NCBI GenBank assembly: GCA_963796965.1
Contig: CAWCNS010000009.1
Span: 544,001-608,000, forward strand
Direction: 5' to 3'
From: Calditrichia bacterium
Lineage (GTDB): Bacteria > Calditrichota > Calditrichia > JAJRVZ01
Length of the DNA: 64,000 bases
The notes under the pieces are model-generated. The model had not been told where the DNA came from and made no database searches. It worked only from the letters and a program-made list of their open reading frames with translations. Below, piece after piece: positions 61,301-64,000 of the stretch (positions are counted from its first letter, which is position 1; every line of letters starts with the position of its first letter). The position numbers and the translations under genes are program-made.

Positions 61301-61757
61301 ACGTATCATTCACTTTGTAGACCCAAAATTAAATGGTCTGAACTGGCGTTATTATGAGGGTGAATGGATGTGGTTGCCAGATTTTGAAAAGTTGGAAGTA
61401 AAGCGAAGTGGGAGTGTATTTCAATTTGGTCTGGATAATATTAGATTTGATAATGATGAGTTTGGGTTAGTTTTTAACGGGTTCATTCATATAGATAAGC
61501 CTGGAAAATATCATTTTTTCACATTGTCCAATGACGGCAGTTGTTTATATCTGAAAAATAGGCTTGTGGTCAATAACGATGGTGGCCATGGACCTGTAGA
61601 GAAAACCGGTGCTATCTTCCTGAAGAATGGTACCTATCCCATCCGGGTCACCTATTTTCAGGCTGGTGGGGGTATGTTCCTAAAGGTAAGCTATGAGGGT
61701 CCTGAAATCACAAAACAAGAGATTCCGGCTAATATATTATTTAAAAATGACTTATAG
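58365..61757 (+). CDS. GH78 alpha-L-rhamnosidase with Fn3-associated and PA14 domains, lipoprotein
   Basis: SGLGYYEL.ING, GEIYDAR, DLGQMISGW, PSDCPHRER.G.TGD, GATTIWE and SHSHPMFG; SNDGS/NDGGHG PA14 motifs. Confidence 0.9.
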   Translation: MNKILSITLIIVVGIINFSCQNNTPNLIQDLKCEYVVNPIGIENSSPRLSWIYTSPEGGSRQSAYQILAASDPNILNKAQGDLWDTGKIPNDQSIQISYSGKKLKSRQIVYWQVRIWDQNDQITEWSDIASWEMGFIEKDDWKAQWIGAPGETDSSESSPLFREEFVIQKQLYKARAYISGLGYYELFINGKKVGDHVLSPNQTNYSHRRVEKWTESRIGHMSTRVLYEIYDVTQFIREGENAIGVWLGGGWFIQNDRLYEPWLLYDTPRFSTQIELEFTDGSRQIIISDDSWKTHPSPILHNGLHTGEIYDARLEIPDWNLPGVNEQDWKNAVHVRSPDGPLHAQISPPDRVIKNISPTSFSILEDGIYRYDLGQMISGWTRLSINGPKGTSVKMKFIEELGPSYSQTDTYILKGEGTEIWEPRFTWHAFRYIDVTCSDIKLTIDNLEGRVVNTDVKHSGSFKSSNQLFNQIFENYQWTQLGNMHGGIPSDCPHRERRGYTGDGQIAAKAAIYAFDMAQFYTKWLNDIADAQNQVTGYVPNTAPYQDGGGGTAWGSAYVIIPWYMYLYYGDQAILETHYKGMQKWLFYLNGQLDKKGRLVNQGLGEWVPPDINKLPPDFVNTCYYYYNCILVSKIAGILEEKADHTLYLSWAEKAKNAINNNYFNDHQNNYSIGRQGANVFPLGFGITQNKLVLENLVNQINLDCQGHFNTGILGTPLLLDVLTTNDHAGLAYTLMNQRDFPGFGYMIEKGATTIWETWQGDQSHSHPMFGSVCQWFYQILGGINPDENQPGFKHINIKPFPIDGLSFVNTSYQSPYGRIQSNWEIVDDDFYLNLTIPSNTTATVHIPGKSPAQISENRKTISTNSDISFGKLENGYASYNIGPGKYRFISKGISSLRPIPNLSAPRIFPNDTLIHKPDSLKVTILSEHEGAEIFYSMDGSEPTQESIKYKQPLFVKDNSIIHSRIYKKNRQPGYIKKRIIHFVDPKLNGLNWRYYEGEWMWLPDFEKLEVKRSGSVFQFGLDNIRFDNDEFGLVFNGFIHIDKPGKYHFFTLSNDGSCLYLKNRLVVNNDGGHGPVEKTGAIFLKNGTYPIRVTYFQAGGGMFLKVSYEGPEITKQEIPANILFKNDL

Positions 61758-61790
61758 ATAATTGTTAAACTTATATCACCGTACTTTTTT

Positions 61791-61915
61791 AACACGAAGT
61801 TTCACGAAGACGCTTCTCCAATAGAGATGTCTTTGGCAAAAATATCACGAAGATTGATTAATTTTATTCTAAAAAACTTCATGTAATTTCATGAGTCCTT
61901 TGCGTTACTTCGTGA
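61791..61915. repeat. Inverted tandem repeat with inserted mini-palindrome
   Basis: CACGAAG x3 ... CTTC(A/G)TG arms with CTTCTCCAATAGAGATGTCTTTGGCA inserted. Confidence 0.5.
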
Positions 61916-61947
61916 TCCATCTGTTTTTTTACGACCATGAATAATGT

Positions 61948-63423
61948 ATGAATGCCCCTAAAAACAAATCAAGATCAGAGGATGCACAGGAACTATATAA
62001 ATTCGGATACGAGCAGCAACTCAAGCGTTCTATGGGTGGATTTTCAAGTTTTGCCATTTCATTTTCGTTGATATCCATTATTACCGGTATATTTGCTAAT
62101 TTTGGATATGGCATTAAACTGGTTGGTCCCTATATCTTATGGTCCTGGGCATTAGTGGGAGCAGGGCAGTTTTTTGTTGCCCTGGTAATGGCTGATCTTT
62201 CCACACGTTATCCTCTTTCGGGATATGGATACCAGTGGACCAGCCGGCTTATGAATCCTCAATTCGGATATTTTGTAGGGTGGTTACTATTAATGCAATT
62301 CCTAACGGGCTTTCCCGGCGTTTGCCAGGCTCTTGCAGATACAGTATACAACATCATTGCCGGAGGAGGTAATGCAGATTGGACCATTACCTGGATAACC
62401 GTTGGGGTAATCTCTCTTATTACAGTTATTCATTTATACGGTATCCGCATCGTTTCATTGGTTAATGATCTGGGGGTTTATACGGAAATTATTGGTGCTG
62501 CTGCCATCATTTTGATCCTATTAAGCCTTTATTTTTTATCTCAACAATTTGATTTTTCAAATTTTATGAATCAGCTACGTAGGCAGGATGCAACGGGACC
62601 GGGTCTTTCGGCTTTTGCCTTATCTTTGCTAATGGGCGCATGGTGTCTTACTGGTTTTGAAGCGGCTGCGGATTTAGCGGAAGAAACCCATCGCCCTCGC
62701 CATACTGTTCCCCGTGCTGTTATTACATCACAGGTCACGGCTGCTCTTGGTGGTTTTTTATTGTTATTAGCATTAATTCTCTCTGTAGATGATTGGTCTC
62801 TTGTTAAGGCAAATGACTCACCTCTGATTTATATTCTTACATCGCGCCTTGGATCACAATGGATGTCTTTAATTGGATTAATTATTATATTGTCTATACT
62901 GGCCTGCGGTGTCGCCTCCATGGCCACTGCAAGTAGATTGATTTACTCCATGTCCAGGGACAATATTCTACCCTTCTCATCACATCTTAAGCGTGTGCAT
63001 ACAAAATTTAAAGTGCCCCGTGCGGCTATATTATTGGTTTGGGCCGTATCTGTATTATGCGTGATTCTGCTCCGCCATCTTGAATTGATTACCAGTATTT
63101 CCGCAGTTGCCGGATATTTGGGATATGCGGGAATTATTTATGCGGCCATTTCTACAACTGGAAAAACAAACAATATAACACAGGGATTTTCATTAGGTAA
63201 ATATCGGCAACCGATACAAATCACCGCCATGATTTGGACTTTGGTTGTAGTTGGCGCCTTAACAGTTCCAGAAACCCAAATCCCCGGTTTAACAGAAACC
63301 CATCTTCCATTAAAATCGACGATTGTGGCAATCATTCTGGGAATCGCTATTTATATTGGGGTTATTCAAAAACGAATAAAAGCGGGTGAAGCAGGTCCGC
63401 CTGATATAACAAAAAATAATTGA
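61948..63423 (+). CDS. APC family amino acid/polyamine permease
   Basis: GYEQQLKR..GFSSFAISFS, GFEAAADLAEET and SRLIYSMSRD. Confidence 0.88.
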   Translation: MNAPKNKSRSEDAQELYKFGYEQQLKRSMGGFSSFAISFSLISIITGIFANFGYGIKLVGPYILWSWALVGAGQFFVALVMADLSTRYPLSGYGYQWTSRLMNPQFGYFVGWLLLMQFLTGFPGVCQALADTVYNIIAGGGNADWTITWITVGVISLITVIHLYGIRIVSLVNDLGVYTEIIGAAAIILILLSLYFLSQQFDFSNFMNQLRRQDATGPGLSAFALSLLMGAWCLTGFEAAADLAEETHRPRHTVPRAVITSQVTAALGGFLLLLALILSVDDWSLVKANDSPLIYILTSRLGSQWMSLIGLIIILSILACGVASMATASRLIYSMSRDNILPFSSHLKRVHTKFKVPRAAILLVWAVSVLCVILLRHLELITSISAVAGYLGYAGIIYAAISTTGKTNNITQGFSLGKYRQPIQITAMIWTLVVVGALTVPETQIPGLTETHLPLKSTIVAIILGIAIYIGVIQKRIKAGEAGPPDITKNN

Positions 63424-63553
63424 TAATTAATTTAACCTGCATTATCTGTCATTCCAAACTTGTTGCGGAATCTCTTGGCAATCGAATCTGAAAACCTGAA
63501 TTCATTGTAGTAGTGTATAAGTGCAGTAATTTACATGATAAGGGGATAATATT

Positions 63554-64000
63554 GTGACCGAGATAAAGGGGCAAACAAATGTTAAATCTGTCAGATTTGG
63601 CAGTGGTTGTTTAAAGGGAATTGGTAAAGAAATAGGAAAATTTGTTGTAATGACCATGGATCTTCCCTGGGAGGTCACGCAAGACCATCTCGGTGCTGAA
63701 CCACATGACATTGTCTTTGTTGATTCTGTAGAAAAGGTGATTCTGGATCAAACAATATCCGAATTACCTCTATGCGATACAGTTATTGGGATTGGCGGAG
63801 GCAAAGCTATTGATGCTGCAAAATATATGGCCTGGAAACGTGGGATCCGACTTGTTTCTGTACCAACCATTATTAGTGTTGATGCTTTCGTTACACCGGC
63901 CGCCGGTGTCAGGGTAGAGCATGAAGTCGTCTATATCGGAGAGGCCAGCCCCGATCCTTTAATCATTGATTACAATGTTATTCGTTCTGCTCCTCCTGAA
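63554..64000 (+). CDS. Partial glycerol/glycerol-1-phosphate dehydrogenase-like protein (Fe-ADH/DHQS superfamily)
   Basis: GTG start with AAGGGG RBS; VIGIGGGKAIDAAKY, VPTIISVDA and IIDYNVIRSAP; runs off the window end. Confidence 0.75.
   Translation, partial: MTEIKGQTNVKSVRFGSGCLKGIGKEIGKFVVMTMDLPWEVTQDHLGAEPHDIVFVDSVEKVILDQTISELPLCDTVIGIGGGKAIDAAKYMAWKRGIRLVSVPTIISVDAFVTPAAGVRVEHEVVYIGEASPDPLIIDYNVIRSAPPE

Overview
AT-rich bacterial chromosome segment, probably Calditrichota/FCB-like. This is inference from secreted enzymes ending in a '(QN/A)YPNPFNP...GIYYY.L' sorting domain and an M49 dipeptidyl peptidase III with a pentapeptide HExxH motif. It holds about 45 mostly metabolic genes: a PerR-rubrerythrin-FeS oxidoreductase-DUF3501 cluster, a divergent Opp/Dpp-type ABC system with two unknown envelope proteins, a heparinase II/III protein, two paralogous TPR proteins, nadE, DPP III, an M1 aminopeptidase, a PQQ-dehydrogenase/diheme cytochrome fusion, a sugar-catabolism trio, a cysteine synthase-JAMM-(Ubl-E1-rhodanese) operon, two amidohydrolases, a MacB-type exporter lacking its ATPase, a GH78 rhamnosidase and an APC permease. 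Many genes carry single-base frameshifts that look like read or assembly errors. The best finding is a complete cysteine-sensing attenuator upstream of the sulfur-carrier cysteine operon: a Cys-Cys-Cys leader peptide, an antiterminator and an intrinsic terminator. Also notable are a tRNA with an Ala (TGC) anticodon but no Ala identity elements, and intergenic miniature palindromic repeats nested inside one another. No CRISPR array, rRNA or intact transposase was seen. All calls come from reading motifs by eye; no database searches were run.
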